Shown here: positions 21,091 through 30,588 of the stretch, piece after piece | Numbering within the stretch: position 1 is the first letter of the stretch | How the letters are laid out: every line of letters begins with the position of its first letter | From: Kofleriaceae bacterium | GTDB taxonomy: Bacteria; Myxococcota_A; Polyangia; Haliangiales; Haliangiaceae | Assembly: GCA_965215005.1 (NCBI GenBank) | Contig: CBDCCZ010000049.1 | Span: 160,001-224,000, forward strand | Direction of reading: 5' to 3' | DNA length: 64,000 nucleotides | The notes under the pieces: generated by a model | Seen by the model: only the letters and a program-made list of their open reading frames with translations | Database searches by the model: none | Told to the model about the DNA's origin: nothing | Made by a program: the position numbers and the translations under genes

Positions 21091-21837
21091 ATGGCACCAG
21101 CGCGCATCCTCGTCGCCGACGACGACGGCTGGATTTCGAAGATGGTGGCCACCTTCCTCGAGAAACGCGGCTACCAGGTCGAAGCCGTCGCCGATGGCGA
21201 GCTTGCCCTTGAGCGTGCCATCGAAGAGCCGCCGGACCTGCTCATTACCGACGTGATGATGCCCGGCCTCGACGGCTGGACGCTCGTCAAGAACCTGCGC
21301 AGTCGCCCGGCGTTTGCGTTCTTGCCGGTGATCTTCCTGACCGCCCTCACCTCCGACGATGATCGAATTCGCGGCTTTCGCCTCGGCGCCGACGATTACG
21401 TGCCCAAGCCATTTCGTTTCGAAGAGCTCGAGCTGCGAGTCGTGAAGACGCTGCGCAACCGCACCATGCTGGAACGAACCACGCGCGAGCAGCTCGATGC
21501 GCCCGAACAGATGCTCACCGGCGACCTCGCGCATCTGGGCCTGCCATCTCTGCTCACGCTCCTGGAGATGGAACAGAAATCTGGCTTGCTCGAGCTCAAC
21601 ACTCCGCCGCAAGCCGGAAAGATTTGGCTGCGCAACGGTCGCATCGTGCGCGCCGAGCTCGATTCTCGGCCCGAGCCACGCAACGCCGAGTGCATTTACG
21701 AGCTGCTGCGCTGGTCGTCGGGCCGCTTCAGCTTTCGCATCGAGCCCATCGACTTCAGCCCCGAGATGGACGACTCCACCACCCACCTTCTCATCGAAGG
21801 CGCCCGTCGCCTCGACGAGTCGCAAAACATCCGTTGA
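21091..21837 (+). CDS. Response regulator with DUF4388 (PatA-N-like) domain
   Basis: ILVADDD...DLLITDVMMPGLDG...GADDYVPKPF receiver; LTGDLAHLGLPSLLTLLEMEQKSG DUF4388. Confidence 0.92.
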   Translation: MAPARILVADDDGWISKMVATFLEKRGYQVEAVADGELALERAIEEPPDLLITDVMMPGLDGWTLVKNLRSRPAFAFLPVIFLTALTSDDDRIRGFRLGADDYVPKPFRFEELELRVVKTLRNRTMLERTTREQLDAPEQMLTGDLAHLGLPSLLTLLEMEQKSGLLELNTPPQAGKIWLRNGRIVRAELDSRPEPRNAECIYELLRWSSGRFSFRIEPIDFSPEMDDSTTHLLIEGARRLDESQNIR

Positions 21838-21899
21838 CTCGCTCATCGCCGGAGCCTCCGGCTAGCCGGATGCGTCGCGTCGTGGTATCCGAATAGGCC

Positions 21900-22229
21900 T
21901 TGCGTCGTCTGCTGCCGTACATCGCCCTGATGCTCGTGTTCCAGCTCATGCCGGGAGCACGGGAGCTCGTGGAGAGCAGTCTGCATCTCGCGATCAACGG
22001 CCACGTAGCCCATGCTTTGGATGACGAAGAACACACGTCGCAAGACCAAGAGCACAACTGCTCTGGCCCGCTGCACGTCTGCTCTTGCCATCACGCCGCC
22101 AGTGCGCCCGTCGCGGTAGGTGTCGCAGTAACCCGCGTCGACATAGCCCTCGCGCCATCGCGTTGGGCTGGCGCTCGCGTCGTTGCCGCCGGGCACTACC
22201 CAGACGTGTTCCGGCCGCCGACCGCGTAG
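21900..22229 (+). CDS. Small secreted His/Cys-rich leader protein upstream of czcCBA, C-terminal FRPP
   Basis: Hydrophobic N-terminus; HVAH...EHNCSGPLHVCSCHH; ends FRPPTA*; TTG start. Confidence 0.72.
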   Translation: MRRLLPYIALMLVFQLMPGARELVESSLHLAINGHVAHALDDEEHTSQDQEHNCSGPLHVCSCHHAASAPVAVGVAVTRVDIALAPSRWAGARVVAAGHYPDVFRPPTA

Positions 22230-22319
22230 CTCTGCATTCACAGTCGTCGTGCGTCCTGCGCCTCAGCGCGGGGCGCGCCATCGGTGTTCTTTCGCCCGAT
22301 TCGCGGGTGGAGGCAGAGT
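22229..22319 (+). promoter_or_regulatory. Predicted RNA structure sequestering the czcC Shine-Dalgarno
   Basis: 22229-22241 GCTCTGCATTCAC pairs with 22307-22319 GTGGAGGCAGAGT (1 mismatch, 2 GU); inner hairpins 22251-22276 and 22280-22300. Confidence 0.6.
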
Positions 22320-23732
22320 ATGAAGCGAGCGATGTATTCGCGCGGCGCCGCCGTATTGGTGGCGGCGACGTGCGCCTCTGGGTTGACTCCGGCCAACGCT
22401 GGCGCCGGACCATTGCGTGCTGCAGGTGTGCCAGCCGACAAAGTGGCGGGTTCCGCGGTTCCTGCCGAGCACGGCGGCTCGAGCGCTGCTGACGCGGTTC
22501 CCAATCCTGCCATCAGCGAACCGATCTCGTTACAGGCGATCCTGGCATTCGCCGACCGCCACTCGCCGATTCTTCTGATAGCGCGAGCTCGAGCACAGCG
22601 CAGCGAGGCCGCCTTCGCGGCAGCCGCGCCGTGGTTGCCCACCAATCCATCGGTGACGGTGGGCGCCGGCTCGCGCGCGGCAACGGGTGCACGCGCGTTC
22701 GATTATCAGGTCAGCCTGTCGCAAACGATCGAGATTGCCGGTGAGCGCGGGCTCCGGCTCGCGGCAGCCGAGCGCTTCGCCGAGGTCACCGAGCTCGAAA
22801 TCGAAGAAGCGCGGTGGGTCGTCCACCACGACGTCCATGCCAGTTATCACGATGCGCTGCTGGCGCGCGAGAAGCTAGCGATCGCGGCGCGGGCTCTGCA
22901 GTTCGCCGAGCGTCTGCTCGACGTGGCGCAACGACGGCTCGCTGCCGGCGATATCGCGCCGCTGCAGGTGCGGATCGCCGAGGGCGAGCTCGCCCAAGCG
23001 GAGCAGGCAAGCTTGGCCGCCGAGCAGCAGTACGACACCGCCCGCCTCGTGCTCGCCGAGCTCAGCGGTTGGCCCGTAGACACACCACCCGTTCCCGCCG
23101 GCGCGCTCGACGTTCCCCGCCAAGCCCCCGATGCAGCCGCGCTGATCGTCCAGGCAACGGAGCATCATCCGCGCCTGCGTAGCGATGTCGCGGCCCTTGC
23201 CGAGGCGCGTGCGCGGCAAGACCTCGCGAATCGCGAGCGCTGGCCCGCGCTCACCATCGGTATCGGGTATGAGCGCGAAGCGGACCCACCAACGGGCATC
23301 GCCGAGTCCATCACTGGAATCGCGCTGACGATGCCGCTGCCGCTGTGGCAGCGAAACCAGGCGGAACGGGCGCAAGCGCGCGCTGACGTGGGGCTAGCCG
23401 ACGCCGAGCTCGCCGCGCTCCGACAGACCCTTGCCGCGCAAGTGGCGCGTGCGGTGGTGCGAGTCAACGCCGCCGCAGCACGCATCGAGGCATATGCGCG
23501 CCAGGTTCTCCCGGCGTTCGAGCAGAACCTCGCGCTCCTGGATCGCGCCTTTGAGCTCGGCGAGATCGACATGATCGAGCTGATGGTCGCGCGCGGTCGC
23601 TTCTTGGAAGTGCAAGCAACCGCGCTCGCGGCGTACGACGACTACTACAAAGCCATCGCCGATCTCGAGTCGACGGTCGGCGCAGAGCTGTGGCCAGAAG
23701 AACGCCACGAGCACAAAGGAGCTGGCCAATGA
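22320..23732 (+). CDS. czcC: TolC-family outer membrane efflux protein (CzcC-like)
   Basis: Two OEP repeats; GGAGG RBS before ATG 22320; precedes MFP and RND genes. Confidence 0.88.
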   Translation: MKRAMYSRGAAVLVAATCASGLTPANAGAGPLRAAGVPADKVAGSAVPAEHGGSSAADAVPNPAISEPISLQAILAFADRHSPILLIARARAQRSEAAFAAAAPWLPTNPSVTVGAGSRAATGARAFDYQVSLSQTIEIAGERGLRLAAAERFAEVTELEIEEARWVVHHDVHASYHDALLAREKLAIAARALQFAERLLDVAQRRLAAGDIAPLQVRIAEGELAQAEQASLAAEQQYDTARLVLAELSGWPVDTPPVPAGALDVPRQAPDAAALIVQATEHHPRLRSDVAALAEARARQDLANRERWPALTIGIGYEREADPPTGIAESITGIALTMPLPLWQRNQAERAQARADVGLADAELAALRQTLAAQVARAVVRVNAAAARIEAYARQVLPAFEQNLALLDRAFELGEIDMIELMVARGRFLEVQATALAAYDDYYKAIADLESTVGAELWPEERHEHKGAGQ

Positions 23733-24922
23733 GGTCTGCGCTGGGATTGAGCGTCATGTTGGTGCTGTCGGCAAGCTGTGGAAACAGCGCCGCCAGCGGA
23801 ACCGGTGGAGACGGCGAGCACGCAGACGGCGAGCACGCAGACGGCGAGCACGCAGACGGCGAGCACGCAGACGGCCAGGAGCGAGCCGTGGTGCGGCTCA
23901 GTGAAGCCGCGATAGCGCGACACGATGTCCGCATCGCCAACGTTGAGTCGCAAACGTTGGTGGGCGGCGTGGACGTTCCCGCCGAGGTGCAGCTCGATCC
24001 AGCGCGAGTCGCCCACGTGACCTCGCTGGCGGCGGGGCGACTTTCGAGTGTTGGGGCCAACGTGGGTGACCGCGTCGAGAAGGGCCAGGTGCTGGCAGCC
24101 CTCGAGAGCGCCGAGCTCGGCGAGACCCGCTCTTCTGTCGATCGCGCTCAAGCCACACTCGAGGCGGCTCGGTCGAGCTATGAACGGCAAAAACAGCTCC
24201 ACGAAGAAGGAATCGGCGCCGAGCGCGCGTTCGTCGAGGCGCGCTCCGAGCTAAGGCAGGCCGAAGCCGCGCTCGCCTCGGTACGTCGGCGCCTCGGCGT
24301 CTACGGCAAGGGCGGCTCCGGTGCTTCGAGCTTCATCCGCAGCCCCCTCGCCGGCGAAATCATCGAGCGTCACGCCAGCGTTGGCGAGGTCGTCGGCCCC
24401 GATGCACCGCTGTTCGTCGTCGCCGATTTGCGTCGCGTCTGGATCATCGGCCGGGTGTACCCGCAGCAAGTTGCTGCCGCGAGCAAAGGCAAGCCCATCA
24501 CCCTCTCCCTCGATGCCTATCCCGGCCGCACCTGGTCGGCGGCGCTCGACTATGTCGCGCCCACTCTCGACGAAGCAACGCGCACCCTGCAAGTGCGCGC
24601 CGAGCTCGACAACGCGGAGGGGCAGCTGCGACCGGGCCTCTTCGGAACGCTATCGCTTCCGCCGGCCGGCAGCGACGGCGACAAGGTTCCGACCATCGCG
24701 GCAGACGCGGTCCTCGACCTCGATGGCCAGCCGTCCGTGTTCATCCCAGACGACGAGTCCGGCACCTATCGAGCGGTGCCCGTCACCGTAGGCGCGCGCA
24801 GCCATGGGCGCGTGGCGATCACCAGCGGCCTGGAGCCGGGGCAAGCCTATGTGGCTAGCGGCAGCTTCGTTCTCAAGTCGCAACTCTTGTCCGCCGAGCT
24901 CGGCGAAGGCCACGCGCACTGA
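23729..24922 (+). CDS. czcB: RND membrane fusion protein (CzcB-like) with N-terminal His repeat
   Basis: Lipobox LSASC; GDRVEKGQVL, IRSPLAG, LRPGLF motifs; ends GEGHAH. Confidence 0.9.
   Translation: MRSALGLSVMLVLSASCGNSAASGTGGDGEHADGEHADGEHADGEHADGQERAVVRLSEAAIARHDVRIANVESQTLVGGVDVPAEVQLDPARVAHVTSLAAGRLSSVGANVGDRVEKGQVLAALESAELGETRSSVDRAQATLEAARSSYERQKQLHEEGIGAERAFVEARSELRQAEAALASVRRRLGVYGKGGSGASSFIRSPLAGEIIERHASVGEVVGPDAPLFVVADLRRVWIIGRVYPQQVAAASKGKPITLSLDAYPGRTWSAALDYVAPTLDEATRTLQVRAELDNAEGQLRPGLFGTLSLPPAGSDGDKVPTIAADAVLDLDGQPSVFIPDDESGTYRAVPVTVGARSHGRVAITSGLEPGQAYVASGSFVLKSQLLSAELGEGHAH
23809..23875 (+). repeat. 15-bp perfect tandem repeat (AGACGGCGAGCACGC x4 plus partial) encoding (DGEHA)n
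   Basis: Direct inspection. Confidence 0.95.
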
Positions 24923-24927
24923 GGCCA

Positions 24928-27900
24928 ATGACCATGATCGATCGAATCATCGAGTTCTCGCTACGCAACCGTTTCCTGGTCATTTTCGTGGTGCTGCTCG
25001 TGGCAGCCATCGGCGTGCGCGCCCTGCAGACGTTGCCCATCGACGCCGTTCCTGACGTCACCAACGTACAGGTGCAGGTACTAACGAATGCACCCTCGCT
25101 CGGGCCCCTGGAGGTCGAGCAATTCATCACCTTCCCAGTAGAGACGGTGATGAGCGGCCTGCCGCGCCTACAGGAGGTGCGCAGCATCTCGCGCTTTGGC
25201 TTATCAGCGGTGACCATCGTGTTTGACGAAGGCACCGACATCTACTTTGCGCGGCAGCTCGTGCAAGAGCGACTCTCCGAGGCGCGCGATGCCATTCCCG
25301 CTGGCTACGGCAGTCCCGAGATGGGTCCGATTTCCTCCGGGCTCGGCGAGATCTATCAGTTCGAGGTTCGCGGCGAGCCTATGTGCGCCGAGCAAGTCGA
25401 CACGGAGGACTGCTACACGCCCATGGAGCTGCGGACGATTCTCGACTGGTACATCGCGTATCAGCTGCGCTCCATCGATGGCGTGGTGGAGGTCAACAGC
25501 TTCGGTGGCGAGCTAAAGACCTACGAGGTGCGCGTGCAGCCAGAGCGGCTGATCGGGCTCGACCTCGGACTCGATGCCATCTACGAAGCGCTCGAGCGCA
25601 ACAACGCCAACGCCGGCGGCGGTTATCTAGTGCACGCCGGTGAACAACGGCTGATCCGCGCTGAGGGCTTGATTTCCAGCCTCGATGATATCCGCGACAT
25701 CGTCATCACCACCCGCAGCGACGGCACGCCGCTGCGCATCCGCGAGGTCGCAGACGTGGTGATCGCGCCGATGATTCGCCAAGGGGCTGTGACGCGCGAT
25801 GGCCGCGGCGAAGTGGTGACGGGCATCGTCATGATGCTCATGGGCGCTAACTCCGGAGCCGTTGCCGAGGAGGTCCACGAGCGAATTGCTGCGCTCCGCG
25901 ACACCCTGCCCGAGGGCGTCACCATCGATACCTACTACGACCGCGCCGAGCTCGTCGACCGCACGATTGCCACCGTCGCCAAGAATCTAATCGAAGGCGG
26001 CGTTTTGGTCGTCGTCGTGCTCCTGCTCTTGCTGGGCAATCTGCGCGGCGGCTTATTGGTGGCCAGCGCGATTCCGCTCAGCATGTTGGCCGCGTTCATC
26101 GCCATGAAGCAGTTCGAGGTATCGGGCAATCTGATGAGCCTCGGCGCGCTCGACTTCGGGCTCATCGTCGATGGTTCGGTAGTGATGGTCGAGCACATCG
26201 TCCTCGTCCTTGCGCAGCGGCGGGAGCCGCTCGACGTGCGGCACGGCGTACTGAGCGCCGCAAAGGACGTCGCGCGTCCGGTGACGTTCGCGGTTGGCAT
26301 CATCATGCTCGTCTACGTGCCGATCCTTTCGCTGCAGGGAATCGAAGGCAAGATGTTCCGGCCGATGGCCTTGACGGTGCTGTTTGCCTTGGCGGCGTCG
26401 TTGGTGCTGGCGCTCACCTTCATGCCGGCGATGGCCACGCTCCTTTTTCGTCGCGGCGTCTCCGAAAAGAAAACCTGGCTCATCCGCACCCTCGAGCCTC
26501 GCTACCAGCGCGCGCTGCGATGGCTCTTGAGCCGGCGCGCCATTCCCCTCTTCGTGACCGTGTTGCTCATGGCCGGCGCGGCCAGCATCGTGCCGTTTCT
26601 GGGAGCGGAGTTCATTCCGCGGCTCGACGAAGGCGCCATCGCCATGCAGGCGATCCGGCTCCCCTCGGTTTCACTCGAGGAGTCGGTCAAAGCCACGACC
26701 CGCATCGAAACGGCGCTGCGCGAACACTTTCCCGACGAGGTCGACACCATCGTCTCGCGCACCGGCCGCCCCGAAATTGCCACCGATCCCATGGGCGTCG
26801 AGATGTCCGACATCTACGTGATGCTGGAGCCGCCCAAGCAGTGGACGCGGGCCAGCAGCAAACAGGAGCTCGTCGATGCGATGAGCGAGGTCCTCTCTGG
26901 CGAGCTGCCCGGGCAGAACTTCATGTTCTCGCAACCGATCGAGCTGCGCACCAACGAGCTCATCAGTGGCTCGCGCGCCGACGTCGCCATCAAGCTCTAC
27001 GGCGACGACCTTGAAGTCCTAGGGCGGGTAGCCGATGACATCGCCCGCGTGGTTTCCGGTGTGCCGGGAGCCGGTGACGTGAGCACCGAGCAGATCGCTG
27101 GATTGCCGGCCCTACGGGTCCGCATCGACCGCGGCGCGATCGCGCGCTACGGCATCGATGCGGCGCAGGTTCTCGACGCCGTATCCGCCCTCGCGGGGCA
27201 TCCGGTGGGTGAGGTCTTCGAAGGCCAGCGCCGCTTCAGCCTTCAGGTGCGCCTGCCCCCAAGCCGCCGCAGCGATCTGCAGAGCATTCGCAACCTGCCG
27301 ATCTCGGCGCCCAATGGCAAGAGCATTGCTCTCGGAGAGCTTGCGAGCCTCGAGTACGATGAGGGGCCGGCGCAAATCAGCCGCGAGAACGTGCAACGAC
27401 GCACCACCATCTCGGTGAACGTACGCGGCGACGATCTCGCTGGCGTCGTCGCCGAAGCACAGCGCCGAGTCGCGGCGCAGGTGGAGATGCCACCCGGCTA
27501 CTTTCTCGAGTGGGGTGGGCAGTTCAAGAACTTGGCGGAGGCCAGCGGGCGGCTCGCGCTGGCGGTTCCGGCGGCCTTGGTGCTGATCTTCTTGCTGTTG
27601 TTCATGACCTACGGGTCGGCTCGGCCGGCCGCGGTGATCTACTTGAACGTGCCGTTCGCGGCCATCGGCGGCATCTTGGCGCTCGCAGTCCGTGGGATGC
27701 CGTTTTCCATCTCCGCCGGGGTCGGCTTCATCGCACTATTCGGGATCGCTGTCCTCAACGGCGTCGTCATGGTCTCTTCAATTCGGGGGCTCCAACAGCG
27801 CGGCCGTCCGCCCTTCGAAGCCACCTTGCAAGGAGCTGTCACGCGCCTGCGCCCGGTCCTCATGACCGCGCTCGTCGCCTCGCTCGGGTTCGTGCCCATG

Positions 27901-28083
27901 GCAGTTGCCACCAGCGCGGGCGCCGAGGTGCAACGGCCGCTCGCCACGGTGGTCATCGGCGGGCTGATCTCGGCCACGCTGCTAACCCTGTTCGTGCTGC
28001 CAACCATCTATGCCTGGCTCGGCGGCAGCCCCGCTCACACCGCAGACGAGGCCTTAGCGCCTACCACGGAGGAGAGGCCATGA
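24928..28083 (+). CDS. czcA: Heavy-metal RND efflux permease, CzcA type
   Basis: LPIDAVPDVTNVQVQV, GNLMSLGALDFGLIVDG, RLRPVLMTALVASLGFVPMA, GAEVQRPLATVVIGG. Confidence 0.95.
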   Translation: MTMIDRIIEFSLRNRFLVIFVVLLVAAIGVRALQTLPIDAVPDVTNVQVQVLTNAPSLGPLEVEQFITFPVETVMSGLPRLQEVRSISRFGLSAVTIVFDEGTDIYFARQLVQERLSEARDAIPAGYGSPEMGPISSGLGEIYQFEVRGEPMCAEQVDTEDCYTPMELRTILDWYIAYQLRSIDGVVEVNSFGGELKTYEVRVQPERLIGLDLGLDAIYEALERNNANAGGGYLVHAGEQRLIRAEGLISSLDDIRDIVITTRSDGTPLRIREVADVVIAPMIRQGAVTRDGRGEVVTGIVMMLMGANSGAVAEEVHERIAALRDTLPEGVTIDTYYDRAELVDRTIATVAKNLIEGGVLVVVVLLLLLGNLRGGLLVASAIPLSMLAAFIAMKQFEVSGNLMSLGALDFGLIVDGSVVMVEHIVLVLAQRREPLDVRHGVLSAAKDVARPVTFAVGIIMLVYVPILSLQGIEGKMFRPMALTVLFALAASLVLALTFMPAMATLLFRRGVSEKKTWLIRTLEPRYQRALRWLLSRRAIPLFVTVLLMAGAASIVPFLGAEFIPRLDEGAIAMQAIRLPSVSLEESVKATTRIETALREHFPDEVDTIVSRTGRPEIATDPMGVEMSDIYVMLEPPKQWTRASSKQELVDAMSEVLSGELPGQNFMFSQPIELRTNELISGSRADVAIKLYGDDLEVLGRVADDIARVVSGVPGAGDVSTEQIAGLPALRVRIDRGAIARYGIDAAQVLDAVSALAGHPVGEVFEGQRRFSLQVRLPPSRRSDLQSIRNLPISAPNGKSIALGELASLEYDEGPAQISRENVQRRTTISVNVRGDDLAGVVAEAQRRVAAQVEMPPGYFLEWGGQFKNLAEASGRLALAVPAALVLIFLLLFMTYGSARPAAVIYLNVPFAAIGGILALAVRGMPFSISAGVGFIALFGIAVLNGVVMVSSIRGLQQRGRPPFEATLQGAVTRLRPVLMTALVASLGFVPMAVATSAGAEVQRPLATVVIGGLISATLLTLFVLPTIYAWLGGSPAHTADEALAPTTEERP

Positions 28084-28111
28084 ACCCGAGCGCCAACCTG
28101 AGGTGGGTGTC

Positions 28112-28909
28112 GTGAGCGGCGGACTCATTACCGTGCTGCTGCTGGCGCTGCTGCCAGGCCTTGGCAACGTTGCCGGGGGACTGCTCGCAGAGTTCACGAA
28201 AGCCTCGCCACGAGTACTCAACTGGGCGCTGCACGCCGCTTCGGGCATCGTCTTGGCGATCGTCTCGGTGGAGCTCCTGCCACGCGCGCTCGATGCACTC
28301 GCGGGCTGGTGGATCGCCGCAGCGTTTACCGCGGGTGGACTTGCCTACCTCGTCCTCGAGCTGGGCATCGACCGCATGCAAAGCGAACGCGGCAACGGAG
28401 AATCCTCTGCGGGCGGTAGCCGCATGTGGATGATCTACGCGGCGGTGGCTACCGACCTGGTGAGTGATGGCTTGATGATCGGAGCCGGTTCCGCGGTATC
28501 CGTGCAGCTCGCGCTGCTGCTCGCCGCCGGCCAAGTTCTTGCCGACGTTCCGGAAGGCTACGCCTCCATCGCCAACTTCCGCGACAAAGAGGTGCCGCGC
28601 CTTCGGCGCCTGCTCCTGTCGATGACCTTCGTGCTGTTTGCTGTCGGCGCCGCGTTGCTCTCATATCTGCTGCTCCGCCCGGCGCCGGAACCTATTAAGT
28701 TGGCCGCGCTGGTCTTCGTGGCTGGCCTTCTCACCGTGGCGGCCGTGGAAGACATGCTCGAAGAAGCCCATGAGGCGTGCGGCGATAACCGCGGCTCGGT
28801 GCTCGCCTTCGTGCTCGGGTTCGCGCTCTTCATCGTGGTGTCGACGGGCTTGGAAGCGCTCATCGGCGGCGAATCCAACCCCTCGCAAACCTCGGAGCAG
28901 GGGTCATAA
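28112..28909 (+). CDS. ZIP family metal transporter
   Basis: Multi-TM protein; TDLVSDGLMIGAG, LADVPEG, EDMLEEAHE motifs; GTG start at 28112 or 28103. Confidence 0.85.
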   Translation: MSGGLITVLLLALLPGLGNVAGGLLAEFTKASPRVLNWALHAASGIVLAIVSVELLPRALDALAGWWIAAAFTAGGLAYLVLELGIDRMQSERGNGESSAGGSRMWMIYAAVATDLVSDGLMIGAGSAVSVQLALLLAAGQVLADVPEGYASIANFRDKEVPRLRRLLLSMTFVLFAVGAALLSYLLLRPAPEPIKLAALVFVAGLLTVAAVEDMLEEAHEACGDNRGSVLAFVLGFALFIVVSTGLEALIGGESNPSQTSEQGS

Positions 28910-28921
28910 CGGCTCGATTGG

Positions 28922-29545
28922 CTATCCAGCGCGCGCGCTGGCAAGCTCGGCGCGCGCGTCTCGGCAGATGCCGATGGCGTCTTTGAGAAACAGCGCGGCG
29001 ATGAGCCCGCCGACGAGAACGTCGGGCCATGTCGAGCCCAGAATGGCGACAGCGCCGGCGGCGGCCAAAACGCCGGTGTTGGCGATGATGTCGTTGCGCG
29101 AGCACAGCCAGGTGGAGCGCATGTTGAGGTCATCGGAGCGGTGGCGATAGAGCAGCGCGACGCAGGTGAGGTTGGCAGCGAGCGCTAGCGCACCGATGAG
29201 ACCCATAGCGTCGGCGGCAGGGACGGTGCTGGTCGCCAGCGCCACGGCGGCCTGCACCGCGACGCCAACGCCAAGAGCTGCCATGACAAGCCCCTTGGCG
29301 AGCGCCGCCCGAGCTCGCCACACGGCGCCGCGATGGATGACATAAAGCGTGAGCGCGTAGACGGCGGCGTCGCCGAACATGTCCGCCGAGTCAGCCAACA
29401 GCGCGGTGGATCGCGCGAACACCCCTGCCGACGCCTCTATGAAGAACATCGCGGTGTTGATGGCAAGCAGCCACTTGAGCACCGTGGCTTGGCGCGACCG
29501 CAGAATCGCCAGAGTATCTGTTTTCGAGTCGCAACAGCCGCTCAC
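28922..29545 (-). CDS. Cation diffusion facilitator (CzcD-like, lacking the cytosolic CTD)
   Basis: STALLADSADMFGD, NMRSTWLCSRND, WPDVLVG; N-terminal GCC; GTG start inferred. Confidence 0.9.
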   Translation of the reverse strand: MSGCCDSKTDTLAILRSRQATVLKWLLAINTAMFFIEASAGVFARSTALLADSADMFGDAAVYALTLYVIHRGAVWRARAALAKGLVMAALGVGVAVQAAVALATSTVPAADAMGLIGALALAANLTCVALLYRHRSDDLNMRSTWLCSRNDIIANTGVLAAAGAVAILGSTWPDVLVGGLIAALFLKDAIGICRDARAELASARAG

Positions 29546-29790
29546 GAGCCACCCTCGGCAAGACGCGCCCCTGCGTTGCAGCGGCGACAGCCAACGCATC
29601 GATCGCGTCGTAGGTTAGCCAAGCAGAGGCGAACGTTCATGCAACGAGTTTCGCAGATGATCCCGATCCATCCAACCAAGGTCGTTGTGTCCAAGCCCGT
29701 CGTTGCCCCACCGTTGCCTGCAGCGGGCATTACCGCGCAACGGCACCTCATTGAGCTCGGCGGCAGCGCGGCCAGCAAAATCAGGAGGAA

Positions 29791-30588
29791 ATGATGCAGT
29801 CGATCCCAAAACTGGGCATGGTAGTCGGTGGCCTTGCGGCCCTGCTGTGGCTCGAGCGGCGGCGACCGCTTCGGCGCCAGCACCACCCCGCAGGGCGGCG
29901 CCTCACCCGCAACCTCGCTGTGGCCGCCATCGGTGGCGCCACCGTGCAACTCCTGGAAGAGCCAGTGGTAGCACCGCTCGCGCGCCGGGTTGCAACGCAA
30001 CGTCTCGGGCTGCTGCCACCGCTGGGGCTACCCAAAGCCGTGGAGCGCGCCGCCGGCGTATTGCTCATGGACTACACGTTGTTCGTTTGGCACTACCTCA
30101 CCCACCGCGTGCCGCTGCTCTGGCGCTTGCATCTGCCACACCATACCGACCGCGACATGGACGCCTCCACTGCCGTTCGATTCCACGCGCTGGAGCTCTT
30201 GTTCTCGGTTCCTTGGCGCGCCATGCAGGTTCGAATCATCGGCGTTGTCCCTCAAACCCTGCGGCTTTGGCAGCGGCTCACCTTCACCTCGATTCTTTTC
30301 CACCATTCCAACGTCCGCTTGCCCGATTCGCTCGAGCGCGTTCTCAACCTCGTCATCGTCACGCCGCGCATGCATGGCCTTCATCATGCCGCCGATGCCG
30401 CCGAGCGGAGCTGCAACTGGTCGAGCGGCATCTGCGTGTGGGACCGCCTGCACGGCACCTATCGCTCCGGTCTCGCCGAGCCGCAGCCGACGATCGGCAT
30501 CGCCGGCTGCGATGAGGACGATGCCGTCACGCTCATAAAAACCTTGGCATTGCCGCTGCAACGGCAATCACGCGCTCGGCTCCCCTGA
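29791..30588 (+). CDS. Sterol desaturase / fatty acid hydroxylase family protein
   Basis: His boxes HYLTH, HLPHH, FHHSN, HGLHH and WDRLHGT; AGGAGG RBS. Confidence 0.92.
   Translation: MMQSIPKLGMVVGGLAALLWLERRRPLRRQHHPAGRRLTRNLAVAAIGGATVQLLEEPVVAPLARRVATQRLGLLPPLGLPKAVERAAGVLLMDYTLFVWHYLTHRVPLLWRLHLPHHTDRDMDASTAVRFHALELLFSVPWRAMQVRIIGVVPQTLRLWQRLTFTSILFHHSNVRLPDSLERVLNLVIVTPRMHGLHHAADAAERSCNWSSGICVWDRLHGTYRSGLAEPQPTIGIAGCDEDDAVTLIKTLALPLQRQSRARLP

Noticed and set aside
29542..30000. Minus-strand ORF containing CVGCRRC (ferredoxin-like)
   Set aside because: It overlaps the desaturase antisense, lacks the rest of a ferredoxin motif and is probably chance.
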